Shown: positions 1 through 8,192 of the stretch, one piece after another
Layout of the letters: each line of letters opens with the position of its first letter
Position numbering within the stretch: position 1 is the stretch's first letter
IMG/VR virus record: IMGVR_UViG_3300009285_000033
Span: 1 to 37,637 of that record
Source of the DNA: a virus
Reading direction: 5' to 3' (one strand)
Length of the DNA stretch: 37,637 bases
Program-made: the position numbers and the translations under genes
The notes under the pieces: model-generated
Told to the model about the DNA's origin: nothing
The model's input: the letters and a program-made list of their open reading frames with translations, nothing else
Database searches by the model: none

Positions 1-77
1 CCTATGACAGACTATAAAGAAAAGAAGATAAACATCGCCACAGGATTAGGAATACTCATCCTCGGTCTAGGAATTGG
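1..77. repeat. Terminal 77-bp sequence identical to 37561..37637 (circular-closure overlap)
   Basis: Direct comparison: CCTATGACAGACTATAAAGAAAAGAAG...GGAATTGG occurs at both ends of the window. Confidence 0.95.
4..22 (+). repeat. 19-nt direct repeat ATGACAGACTATAAAGAAA, copy 1
   Basis: Identical 19-mer at 258..276; both copies are the first codons (MTDYKE) of adjacent genes. Confidence 0.9.
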
Positions 78-261
78 CTTTGGATTGTGCTTGATATTTA
101 TAGAGGCTAAGTCAAACCAATTAAACCTAGAGATGGTCGTAAATATCTTTGAGAAGAAGATAGCCGACAAACAATACGAGATTGACATGAGAAGTGCTTT
201 GTATGACCACCAGATATTTGAGTGTGAGTCAGAAGTATATAAATTAAAAAACAACCCATGA
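4..261 (+). CDS. hypothetical small membrane protein
   Basis: 85-aa ORF with one hydrophobic helix (IATGLGILILGLGIGFGLCLIFI); ATGA overlap with the next gene. Confidence 0.6.
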   Translation: MTDYKEKKINIATGLGILILGLGIGFGLCLIFIEAKSNQLNLEMVVNIFEKKIADKQYEIDMRSALYDHQIFECESEVYKLKNNP

Positions 262-276
262 CAGACTATAAAGAAA
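258..276 (+). repeat. 19-nt direct repeat ATGACAGACTATAAAGAAA, copy 2
   Basis: Identical to 4..22. Confidence 0.9.
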
Positions 277-596
277 TTGACAAACAAATGACTAACACAG
301 ACTGGAGGGGTTCACTAAAAAGTAAATGGTATCTTTGGAACAAGGACAAGGAGGGGAATTACACGACCTGTGGAGAAGAAGTAATTGATTTTATTGACCT
401 CTGCCTCAAAGACCAGAAATCGGAGTTGTTGGAGGCGGTAGAGAATAAACTTTCATACTTAACAAGATACTATCGTTCAAAGTTTAGGGCAAACCTATCC
501 GAAGCGGAGGAAGAAGGAACTGAAGAGATGATACTTGATTCGGAAGTTCAAGAAATTATTAAGGGGTTAATTAAAGACAATGATAAAGGCAGGTAA
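258..596 (+). CDS. hypothetical acidic protein
   Basis: 112-aa ORF in the + gene array, ATGA overlap with the upstream gene. Confidence 0.6.
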   Translation: MTDYKEIDKQMTNTDWRGSLKSKWYLWNKDKEGNYTTCGEEVIDFIDLCLKDQKSELLEAVENKLSYLTRYYRSKFRANLSEAEEEGTEEMILDSEVQEIIKGLIKDNDKGR

Positions 597-858
597 ACGC
601 ACCAAAATGAACGCCAAAGCCAATAAAATCATGAAGCAGTGGTGTATTGATCACGAGATCACCTCCTGCGAGCTTTGTGGGTCATCCTACGGCCTTTCGT
701 TTGCCCATCGTGCGAAGAGACGGTACTACCAAACAGCCGAGGAACTGTCAGACCCTAAAAACTTCTTACTGGCATGTCTTGCTTGCCATGATAAGTACCT
801 AGAGTGGAATCCCGAGGTAAAGGAGAGTTATTTTGTAAAATTGAGAGATGAAAAATAA
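580..858 (+). CDS. YbcO/DUF1364-like or HNH-like putative nuclease (Cys/His zinc motif)
   Basis: CELCG...LSFAHRAKRR...LLACLACHDK pattern resembles the C..C / AH.R / AC..CHD layout of prophage YbcO-type His-Me finger nucleases; start could instead be ATG 607. Confidence 0.5.
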   Translation: MIKAGKRTKMNAKANKIMKQWCIDHEITSCELCGSSYGLSFAHRAKRRYYQTAEELSDPKNFLLACLACHDKYLEWNPEVKESYFVKLRDEK

Positions 859-1108
859 ATTTAAATACGGGGATGGTACGTTTACCCCCCTAATGTACAA
901 AGGGAAGCCTCTTATACTTGACGAACTTAATGGCTGTATATCAGGTGTCACTTACTTTAACCATATCTATCAAATGAGGTGGAGATCTGACACAAAATGC
1001 CACGCTTGCCTAAAAAATGGATACTGGTGCTGGTCAAACCTACTTACCAACCCAACCGATCTTGTTGCTTATTTACAAAACTTATGGTCACTACGCCACT
1101 CGAAATAG
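848..1108 (+). CDS. small Cys/Trp-rich protein, paralog A of the 29705..29974 gene
   Basis: Shares YKGK.L...G..YF.HIY...H.CL+.GYWCWSNL..NPTD...Y with the ORF at 29705. Confidence 0.6.
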   Translation: MKNKFKYGDGTFTPLMYKGKPLILDELNGCISGVTYFNHIYQMRWRSDTKCHACLKNGYWCWSNLLTNPTDLVAYLQNLWSLRHSK

Positions 1109-1440
1109 ACGAGCAATCTTCTGTAGTCTACTACCTACAATATCTCAAGAATGTAGGCCGTGTGGTGGTCTACAGTGCCGTTCCTAACAACACTTGGACT
1201 AAGTCATGGTCCCAGAAAGCCAAACAAAAGAAATTAGGTGTTATGAGTGGTGTGCCGGATCTGATTGTAGTCACCCCAACAAAAGTATTCTTTATCGAGA
1301 TGAAACGCCAGAAGAGGGGAAAAGTAATGGTTACCCAGGACGAATGGATCGATGCTATCAACACTACTGGAGTTCCGGCGAGGGTATGCCACGGATTTGA
1401 GGAAGCGAAAGACTTCATAAACGAACAAATAAAGTCTTGA
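1084..1440 (+). CDS. VRR-NUC domain nuclease
   Basis: GVPDLIVV...FFIEMKRQKRGKV..QDEWI = PD-(D/E)xK layout typical of VRR-NUC; start moved to ATG 1084 to avoid a long overlap with 848..1108. Confidence 0.8.
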   Translation: MVTTPLEIDEQSSVVYYLQYLKNVGRVVVYSAVPNNTWTKSWSQKAKQKKLGVMSGVPDLIVVTPTKVFFIEMKRQKRGKVMVTQDEWIDAINTTGVPARVCHGFEEAKDFINEQIKS

Positions 1441-1465
1441 CACTACTACCTATCTATGCCATAGT
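1437..1465 (+). promoter_or_regulatory. sigma70-type promoter TTGACA-N17-CATAGT with conserved TACCTATCTATG spacer
   Basis: TTGACA 1437-1442, 17-nt spacer CTACTACCTATCTATGC, CATAGT 1460-1465; TACCTAT repeated directly at 1470-1476. Confidence 0.6.
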
Positions 1466-1537
1466 TAATTACCTATTTTTGGTTTGTATAATATCTCGGT
1501 AAAGGCCAGATTAAAAAGTACGACGAGGATTAGGCTT

Positions 1538-1627
1538 GGGTGGGTAACTCAGTTGGAAGAGCGGTTACGCGCGTCTGATGAAGACCTCCGTAGTATCAGG
1601 TCACAGGTTCGATTCCTGTCCCATCCA
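1538..1627 (+). tRNA. tRNA-like gene, 90 nt, with non-canonical extended anticodon arm (possibly Arg-CCG derived with a 17-nt insertion)
   Basis: 7-bp acceptor GGGTGGG/CCCATCC (one G-U), D-arm ACTC-AGTTGGAA-GAGC, T-arm ACAGG-TTCGATT-CCTGT and variable AGGTC. There are 34 nt instead of 17 between position 26 and the variable loop. Confidence 0.6.
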
Positions 1628-1639
1628 CTAAATACGAAA

Positions 1640-1718
1640 AATACAGGGCGTGCACTAAGCATATAGCTTGTAACTGGCCGGATGACTTCTCTATGACCGC
1701 CGGCTCATTCCCTGTATT
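1640..1718 (+). other. long inverted repeat / hairpin downstream of the tRNA-like gene
   Basis: AATACAGGG (1640-1648) pairs with CCCTGTATT (1710-1718); inner GCCGG/CCGGC stem 1677-1681/1700-1704; loop has the ATGAC direct repeat. Confidence 0.4.
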
Positions 1719-1779
1719 AGATGTTATAGATAATACCAGATAGTTCTAAAGTTGTCAATCATGACGCTACACTGCTAAA

Positions 1780-2058
1780 ATGAACCTAGAAACACTAAGA
1801 TCAATGTGGACCGAGGCTACTCCTGAGAAGAGGGTTGTTATTGAGTCGGTAGCAAAAGCATTCAAAGAAAACGATAGATTTGGAAGTATAGAGATGGGAG
1901 GGAATGGGTATTGCTACGAATGTTTTCTTGAACCGGCTCGTCCTGATCACTACAACTGTGACATATGTGCCGGCAAACTTCCTACAGCTGGTGTTACCAG
2001 ATCCCTAGAACAAATCAAATTATCTCTCAGAGAGAAAATATCCAAGAACACAAAATAG
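1780..2058 (+). CDS. hypothetical protein with Cys/His cluster
   Basis: 92-aa ORF; CYEC...DHYNCDIC suggests zinc binding. Confidence 0.6.
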   Translation: MNLETLRSMWTEATPEKRVVIESVAKAFKENDRFGSIEMGGNGYCYECFLEPARPDHYNCDICAGKLPTAGVTRSLEQIKLSLREKISKNTK

Positions 2059-2141
2059 ATAGAAGATGCGACTTTAGAGAAAAATGTGAGGGATGTTTTT
2101 GAGGTATAATAAATTTACTGGCCTAGTATTCTAGACAACCT

Positions 2142-3452
2142 ATGAAAGAAACACGCCCCATATCTGAATTAAAATCTTGGGAAAACAACCCCCGATCAAT
2201 CGACAAGGAGAACTTCGGTCGCCTCCGCAAACAAATCCAACGCTTGGGTCAGTTTAAACCACTTATTATTACCTCTGATGGCACCGTTATCGGTGGAAAC
2301 ATGCGCCTTGAAGCTATGAAATCTCTAGGCATGTCCAACGCTTGGGTCAGTTTAATTGAGTTCAAAGAGCGAGAGGATAAAAAGTGGTTTGCTTGTATTG
2401 ACGGAGTGGCTCAAGTGGGAGAGTTTGAATCTTTGGAACAGGCGGTGACTGAGTACGCTTTAAGTGACAATGATCGTGCCGGATCCTACGATGAGGATAA
2501 ATTAGCCGAGCAACTTTCCAAGTTACCTCAACTAGAAGATATTTATCGATTTGATTTGGGAAAACTCACAAACATAAAAGAACTGATGAGTCGATACGGG
2601 CCGGATCTCAAAGAGGACGAGTTTGATGGATCCTTACCCGACGAACCCAAGACAAAAATGGGGGACGTTTATCAACTTGGTTACCATCGACTTATCTGTG
2701 GTGACGCTACCGATTTTGGTGCAGTACAGAAACTCATGGATGGTAAGACCGCACGGATGACGTTTACCGATCCCCCCTACAATGTTGACTACGCCGGAGG
2801 TATGCACTCGGATGGTACTCAGACAAAGAGAAAGAAAATCTTAAACGACAAAATGAGTCCTGAAGAGTTCTACCAATTCCTCTACAACTCACTAGGAAAT
2901 ATGATCGCGGTCACTAAAGGGGCGTTCTACGTCTGCATGTCCTCGTCCGAGCTCCACAATCTTTGGAAAGCATTTACGGACAACGGAGGACACTGGCAGA
3001 GTTATATCATCTGGGCCAAGGATGCCTTTACTCTCTCTCGTGCTGACTATCAACATCAAATGGAACCCATCCTCTACGGTCTATCAGAAGAAGAATTGAA
3101 GAAAATCACGGAAGAGAATGGAAATATTGAATCTATGCCTATCTTGTACGGCTGGACAGAGCATGAGTGGTACGGTGGAAGAAAACAAGGCAACGTGTGG
3201 AATATAGCTAGACCTAGAATCTCAAAGGAACACCCTACAATGAAACCTATTGAGTTAGTCGGAAGAGCCATCAGAAACTCGTCGCTTGTCGGGGACATCG
3301 TCCTAGATCTGTTCGGCGGGTCCGGCTCCACTCTAATCGCGGCAGAACAAACGGGAAGAATTTGTTATATGTCCGAACTTGATCCTGCCTATTGTGATGT
3401 AATTGTCAGAAGGTGGGAAACCTTAACCGGCGGAAAGGCTAAACTAGTATGA
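2142..3452 (+). CDS. ParB-like nuclease domain / DNA N6-adenine or N4-cytosine methyltransferase fusion
   Basis: N-terminal ENNPR...GGNMRLEA (ParB-N like); C-terminal HRLICGDATD, FTDPPYN (motif IV) then LDLFGGSGSTLIAAE (motif I), the beta-class order. Confidence 0.9.
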   Translation: MKETRPISELKSWENNPRSIDKENFGRLRKQIQRLGQFKPLIITSDGTVIGGNMRLEAMKSLGMSNAWVSLIEFKEREDKKWFACIDGVAQVGEFESLEQAVTEYALSDNDRAGSYDEDKLAEQLSKLPQLEDIYRFDLGKLTNIKELMSRYGPDLKEDEFDGSLPDEPKTKMGDVYQLGYHRLICGDATDFGAVQKLMDGKTARMTFTDPPYNVDYAGGMHSDGTQTKRKKILNDKMSPEEFYQFLYNSLGNMIAVTKGAFYVCMSSSELHNLWKAFTDNGGHWQSYIIWAKDAFTLSRADYQHQMEPILYGLSEEELKKITEENGNIESMPILYGWTEHEWYGGRKQGNVWNIARPRISKEHPTMKPIELVGRAIRNSSLVGDIVLDLFGGSGSTLIAAEQTGRICYMSELDPAYCDVIVRRWETLTGGKAKLV

Positions 3453-3655
3453 AAGAACCATCCCGAGAACAACTATGGCACGACGAGTATATAAAACGCT
3501 CCAAGGCCGCCTACGTGGTCTGTGACACGTGTGGATTCAAATACGGTCGCCATGATCAAATAGACGCAAAATTCAGAATGGGGGCTTGTGATATTTGTAA
3601 AAAGCATAAGGGAATTACTGACTTCAAAAATTACGGATTTAGCATACACCCATGA
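3449..3655 (+). CDS. hypothetical zinc-ribbon protein
   Basis: 68-aa ORF, CDTC...CDIC pairs, ATGA overlaps on both sides. Confidence 0.6.
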   Translation: MKEPSREQLWHDEYIKRSKAAYVVCDTCGFKYGRHDQIDAKFRMGACDICKKHKGITDFKNYGFSIHP

Positions 3656-4074
3656 AATACTCAAAGATGAAGTGCAAAAAGTTTAGAGAGTATGTCGCAT
3701 TGGGGATGACAATAGAAAATTCGGCGGTTTTGGCATTTCAGATTGATAGAGCCACTTATTATCGTTGGAACACCGAAGAATCACCTTTAAATGAGAAGCA
3801 GAAATACGACCTAAAACAGGCAATAGAGGTTGGTAGATCGGAATTAAACAACCGTTTGAGCCTGTATATTCTCAAGGGATCTGCTGACGATGGGTCCCTG
3901 GCTCTCAACTATCTGAAGCGCCTTGAGTCTGGTACTTATGGCGATACCCAAAAAGTAGTCGGAGACAAGGACAATCCTCTCACTGTTAACCATACTTTCA
4001 CCGATGACCAACTCAAAAGAATTATCACCAATGGAGGCGAGGGAACTGATCGAGGAGACAATCAAAAGGGCTAG
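3652..4074 (+). CDS. putative terminase small subunit
   Basis: 140-aa ORF directly upstream of and overlapping terL; HTH-like N-terminus; call is positional. Confidence 0.45.
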   Translation: MKYSKMKCKKFREYVALGMTIENSAVLAFQIDRATYYRWNTEESPLNEKQKYDLKQAIEVGRSELNNRLSLYILKGSADDGSLALNYLKRLESGTYGDTQKVVGDKDNPLTVNHTFTDDQLKRIITNGGEGTDRGDNQKG

Positions 4075-5617
4075 GGTAGACCCGATTGTTTTTGTCAACA
4101 ACTTCCTCTTTACCTTTGACCCTAAACGGCCTCCTTATCACTGGGAGTTCAATTTATTTCCCTTTCAGGAGGAGCTCGTGTTGGAACTGGTACGCGCGAT
4201 TGAGGAGGGAGATGATATTTTCATCGAGAAATGCCGAGAGATGGGCGCTACCTACGTGGTGCTGGCTGTCTTGCTCTGGTTTTGGCTGTACGTTCCTGGA
4301 TCAAACTTTCTTGTCGGCTCCCGCAAAGAGTCTTACGTGGATAACACTAAGGGTGATTCTAATGAGATTTCCAACAAGGAAGAGTCTTTATTCGGGAAAC
4401 TGGAGTACATGATCAATCATTTGGCTCCGGCGATGCTACCTATTGGATTCCACACAAAGAAACATCTCACTTACATGTCGCTCTCAAACCCTGAGAATGG
4501 TAACGCAATATCGGGTGAGTCATCTAACTCCAACTTCTCGCGTGGTGGGCGTTTTAAGGCCATCCTGCTGGACGAGTTTGCGTTCTGGGACAACGGGGCC
4601 GCCGCTTGGGGATCTACGGCTGACACCACGAACTGTAGAATCGTCCTGACAACCCCTGGTATCAAACCTGGTAAGGCGAAAAGATTAAGATTTGGCAAGG
4701 ACGGGGAGGTTATCAAAGTTATTACTCTCCCCTACTCCCTCGATCCGCGCAAGACAGACAAATGGCTCAATCACGAAAGAAGTCGCCGGAGCGCTGAGGA
4801 CTTTGCCCGAGAAATCATGATCAACTGGGAGTCGTCCATCACAGGTATCGTCTACCCTGAAATTAAAATGGCAAAGATGGGAGACTTCCCCTACAACCCC
4901 AAATGGTCGTTATTCCGATCGTGGGATTTTGGTCTTGACGGTGTGGCTATCCAGTATTGGCAGTATAATCCATTGAGTGCTAAAATGAGGCTAATTGATT
5001 GCTATTTCAACAGCAACAAACCTATTCAATTCTACTTTCCAGCGTGTGGAGTAGATGAGTTTACCAACGAGGATGGGATTGTCAAAAAGTGTCGGGACCT
5101 ATTCGCTTCGTCCTACGGTAAAGAAGATCTAGAAGCTTTCGATATTATGTCCCAATTCCGTAACCCTGTTGATTTTGGTGATCCTGATGTAGCCAAACAC
5201 TCTCTCTTGACTGGCACCTCGACCTATCAAGCTCTATCAAACGTGGGTATCTTTGTAGAAACCAAGCCAGAATCAAACGATTTCAACTCTCGTAAGGAAA
5301 GGACAAAGGTTATGTTACAGGGGGGCGTGGAGGTCAACAAGACTCCCAGGACTGACGTGTGGCTTGAAGCTATCGAACAAGCTAGGTTCCCACAACGGCA
5401 GGAAAACTCTCAGGCTACATCTGCCGTCAATCTTCCTATTCACGACTGGACTTCGCATCACCGTACCTGTACCGAGTATCTTGCCGTCAACCATGATATT
5501 GATGCCGAGCCAGAGCTACCCAAAAAGAGAAAAGCTGAGGACACCCGGGGGACTTTTGCCGAGCATTTAAAGCGAATGAGAAACAAGCGTATAATGAAAC
5601 AGATAGATATTTTATGA
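4004..5617 (+). CDS. terL: terminase large subunit
   Basis: 537 aa; LFPFQEELV, CREMGATYV (P-loop region), ILLDEFAFW (Walker B) and a C-terminal nuclease-like region; start uncertain (4004 or 4031). Confidence 0.85.
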   Translation: MTNSKELSPMEARELIEETIKRARVDPIVFVNNFLFTFDPKRPPYHWEFNLFPFQEELVLELVRAIEEGDDIFIEKCREMGATYVVLAVLLWFWLYVPGSNFLVGSRKESYVDNTKGDSNEISNKEESLFGKLEYMINHLAPAMLPIGFHTKKHLTYMSLSNPENGNAISGESSNSNFSRGGRFKAILLDEFAFWDNGAAAWGSTADTTNCRIVLTTPGIKPGKAKRLRFGKDGEVIKVITLPYSLDPRKTDKWLNHERSRRSAEDFAREIMINWESSITGIVYPEIKMAKMGDFPYNPKWSLFRSWDFGLDGVAIQYWQYNPLSAKMRLIDCYFNSNKPIQFYFPACGVDEFTNEDGIVKKCRDLFASSYGKEDLEAFDIMSQFRNPVDFGDPDVAKHSLLTGTSTYQALSNVGIFVETKPESNDFNSRKERTKVMLQGGVEVNKTPRTDVWLEAIEQARFPQRQENSQATSAVNLPIHDWTSHHRTCTEYLAVNHDIDAEPELPKKRKAEDTRGTFAEHLKRMRNKRIMKQIDIL

Positions 5618-5865
5618 CAGAAACTGCCACAAAATTAGAGTTTAAGGTCACGACATTCTCCAACGAAGAAGCCTTGCTCCAGAGGATAAATCCTGACTTG
5701 TACCGTATCTATCGGGCGATAAAAATAATCAATAGTTTCGGGGGACACGGATCTTTTGAAGTACACCTCAAAGATGGCCGGATCAAAGACCTGAACGGGC
5801 TGTATATAAAACCCTCGTTTGACTTGAATAATTTTGACTCAAAGATTAAAGAATTAGCGGAATAA
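5614..5865 (+). CDS. hypothetical protein
   Basis: 83-aa ORF, ATGA overlap with terL, ends in tandem stops TAA TGA. Confidence 0.6.
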   Translation: MTETATKLEFKVTTFSNEEALLQRINPDLYRIYRAIKIINSFGGHGSFEVHLKDGRIKDLNGLYIKPSFDLNNFDSKIKELAE

Positions 5866-5874
5866 TGATATACT
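5866..5874 (+). promoter_or_regulatory. extended -10 element TGATATACT
   Basis: TGnTATAcT immediately after the stop codon; no clear -35. Confidence 0.35.
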
Positions 5875-5896
5875 CAAATCAGCTAAGTAATCAATC

Positions 5897-5918
5897 GCCG
5901 GCGTAAGTCGGTATTTTT
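5897..5918 (+). terminator. rho-independent terminator-like hairpin
   Basis: CCGGC-GTAA-GTCGG stem (one G-U) with a GNRA loop, followed by ATTTTT. Confidence 0.5.
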
Positions 5919-5920
5919 GT

Positions 5921-7816
5921 ATGAAAACCTATAAACCCAAAACAGAACCCAAAAAAGATGAGGAAAAGGGCAAGACCACTAGTTTGGAGGTACTAAAGAG
6001 TAGGCTGTCGTGTTCACAGGCTTTTGAGAAGAACGAGAGAAATCAATGGAAGAGAGTGGTCAAGTGTATTGAGCTTGAGCGTGACGTTATTGTCGGATCC
6101 GACACTGTAGTCCAGAAGATTAAATATCCACTCTTGTTTGGTGCGTACGATAACTTCCAGTCGGTTCTTACCTCTACCCCTCCGCAGGTGGTCATTACTT
6201 CCGATGACAATAATGATTTCATCAAGACGGTTTTTTGGAGGGGTATCATTGACCAGCAGAAGCGCAAATTATTCCTCGATGATCTGAAGTACGAGTTTGT
6301 CCAGTCGTTTATCATTACCGGCAAGGCTGTCTACAAAGTTGGCCGGCAGACTGAAACAGGTGAGATTGAGAAAGAAGTCAAAGGCGAGGACGGAAAAGTC
6401 ATTGTCAGTGCTAAATCCGAGGTTGTCACTAAAAATAAATCATTTGTCACCGTTGTTGATCCTAGAAGAGTTTGGGTATCTCCTGAAACTCGCTACACTG
6501 GTCCTGTGTTGGGTGAGGAGTGCCCCTACATCATCGAAGAGATGATCAAGACCCCTGAATACCTGGAAGAAAAATATGACATAAAAATTGAAGACGACGA
6601 AAAAGAGTACGTTTCCTCTGACGATTACGAGGGTGAGGAAAAAATAGAGTCAAACGACGAAACAGAGGACGATCTTAAACGTGTCCGGCTCTATGCCTAC
6701 TACGGTGTTTATCAGAAAGATGGTAAATACTTCACAAACTACGAGTGTCTATTCACCAAAAAGAAAATCATCAAAGACCGTGAACTTCCCTACGATCACG
6801 CAAAGAAACCTTATATCTATCTTCTGAACTTCCGCAAATTCTTCAAGGCTAAAGCCATGGGTGCTCTTGACTCTGTTCTCGATCTTGATCAGGAGTACAA
6901 CGAGCACATGAACCGTATTCGTACCTACATTCGTAGAATGGTCAATCCTAAGTGGGCTAAAACTAAAGGTACAAAGATTGACGAGGCGGCTCTACTTGAT
7001 CCCGATGTTGGTTTAATAGTAAACGAGAGTACACCCAACGCTTTCCGGCCACTCACCCCTCCACAGCTAGATTCCTCTATTTTTGAGAAAGCCTCAGCTG
7101 TTGAGAACCTGTTCCAGTTCCTTTCGTCTGTTACTTATGGTCAATCGGCTCTCAAGCAGGTTGGCACCGCCACAGGGCAGGAGATTGCCTCACAGGGGGC
7201 TGATACCAAGACCTCTCGTATGGTCCGGCTACTCGAAAGAGGACAGGAAGAACTTCTCACAATGCTACTTCAGCTTGAACAGCAATACGCCTCCACTGAT
7301 GGTACGCCTGTGAAGATCGTCGGATCAGACATAGTGGAAATGATCCGCAATAAAAAGAAACTCTTTCAGGTTCAAATGGATCTCTACAATCGCTCACAAC
7401 AGCCCCAGGTTGACGCCAATGGTCAAACTATCCCCGTTCAACCTATGGATATGCCGGTTGATGATTATGAGAACTTCTCTATCTCTCCTGACGGTCGGAC
7501 CGTCTACACCACCTACACCCGAGACGAGATCAAGAATGGCTTTGAGCTCTACATCGTATCTCAATCTTCAAATAGAAATCAAAAAGCGGTCCAACAAGCA
7601 CAGACTCTCAAGGCTCTTGAATTGTCCGGCGCTGACGCTACCGTCAACCGTGCAGAGCTGTGGCGAACCTACTTCCAAAACGGTGGAGAAAACAATCCCG
7701 ATCGTTTGATCAATGGCAATCCCCAACCACAGCAACCAGTGAATCCCACTACTCCCGACATGGGCAACATTCCTACCAATCAAACTGGTGTCAATACTGC
7801 CGCTAGAGGGATGTGA
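5921..7816 (+). CDS. putative portal protein
   Basis: 631-aa ORF just after terminase and before scaffold/capsid; call by size and position. Confidence 0.6.
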   Translation: MKTYKPKTEPKKDEEKGKTTSLEVLKSRLSCSQAFEKNERNQWKRVVKCIELERDVIVGSDTVVQKIKYPLLFGAYDNFQSVLTSTPPQVVITSDDNNDFIKTVFWRGIIDQQKRKLFLDDLKYEFVQSFIITGKAVYKVGRQTETGEIEKEVKGEDGKVIVSAKSEVVTKNKSFVTVVDPRRVWVSPETRYTGPVLGEECPYIIEEMIKTPEYLEEKYDIKIEDDEKEYVSSDDYEGEEKIESNDETEDDLKRVRLYAYYGVYQKDGKYFTNYECLFTKKKIIKDRELPYDHAKKPYIYLLNFRKFFKAKAMGALDSVLDLDQEYNEHMNRIRTYIRRMVNPKWAKTKGTKIDEAALLDPDVGLIVNESTPNAFRPLTPPQLDSSIFEKASAVENLFQFLSSVTYGQSALKQVGTATGQEIASQGADTKTSRMVRLLERGQEELLTMLLQLEQQYASTDGTPVKIVGSDIVEMIRNKKKLFQVQMDLYNRSQQPQVDANGQTIPVQPMDMPVDDYENFSISPDGRTVYTTYTRDEIKNGFELYIVSQSSNRNQKAVQQAQTLKALELSGADATVNRAELWRTYFQNGGENNPDRLINGNPQPQQPVNPTTPDMGNIPTNQTGVNTAARGM

Positions 7817-7822
7817 TAGAAT
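7812..7822 (+). promoter_or_regulatory. extended -10 element TGTGATAGAAT (TRTG-n-TAGAAT)
   Basis: Overlaps the portal stop codons TGA TAG. Confidence 0.35.
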
Positions 7823-7844
7823 TAAACTGAGGAATAACCAATTT

Positions 7845-7869
7845 GCTCGTCGTTAAGGCGGGCTTTTTT
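7845..7869 (+). terminator. rho-independent terminator
   Basis: GCTCGTC/GGCGGGC stem (two G-U) followed by TTTTTT. Confidence 0.65.
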
Positions 7870-7877
7870 GTACCTAT

Positions 7878-8147
7878 ATGGAAAACGAAAAAGTCAAATC
7901 AAATGACGGTAAGCAAGAAGTACCTTTAAATGAGTGGGTCGAAGATGAGAGAGGTGCTCGGACAATGTACACCCGAGAGAGACCTATCAACTTTTGTGTT
8001 GATGGTCATCACCAATTTAACTCTCTCCACGAGTGCAACAAGTGCCCATTTATATTCGTAGGTTTCCGTGCGAATATGCACATCCAAACAAGGGACGGCA
8101 TATTTGAACGAAAGCCCGCGCATGCTTTAGGCAAGCGTTTGGCCTAG
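7878..8147 (+). CDS. hypothetical Cys/His-rich protein
   Basis: 89-aa ORF between portal and scaffold; CVDGHH...HECNKC. Confidence 0.55.
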   Translation: MENEKVKSNDGKQEVPLNEWVEDERGARTMYTRERPINFCVDGHHQFNSLHECNKCPFIFVGFRANMHIQTRDGIFERKPAHALGKRLA

Positions 8148-8192
8148 TACATTATCAATAATTAGGACAACCACGCAAGTGGCCCAAAAACT

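Noticed and set aside
1-77. 77-bp terminal repeat as a biological direct terminal repeat
   Set aside because: An exact overlap of this length is what assemblers leave on circular contigs. Genes run straight across the junction. True termini cannot be inferred from the sequence alone.
997-1083. N-terminal extension of the VRR-NUC ORF (and similar extensions 11481-11522, 30205-30246, 32414-32473, 32677-32724, 33918-33983)
   Set aside because: The extensions overlap the preceding gene extensively. Internal ATGs that give ATGA or short overlaps fit the compact gene organisation better.
1575-1581. CTGATGA, identical to the hammerhead ribozyme core and to the C box of C/D RNAs
   Set aside because: The stem that follows (GACCT/AGGTC) is not followed by the required GAAA, and no D box or stem I/III arrangement can be built. 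It is probably coincidental.
1566-1592. Archaeal-type bulge-helix-bulge intron in the tRNA-like gene
   Set aside because: The two 3-nt bulges (CGC and CTC) face each other as a 3x3 internal loop instead of being staggered across a 4-bp helix. Every other signal in the genome (sigma70 promoters, intrinsic terminators, peptidoglycan hydrolases) is bacterial.
1484-1666. 60-aa ORF in the provided track
   Set aside because: It is laid over the tRNA-like gene and its promoter region and has no coding features. It is treated as a spurious frame through an RNA gene.
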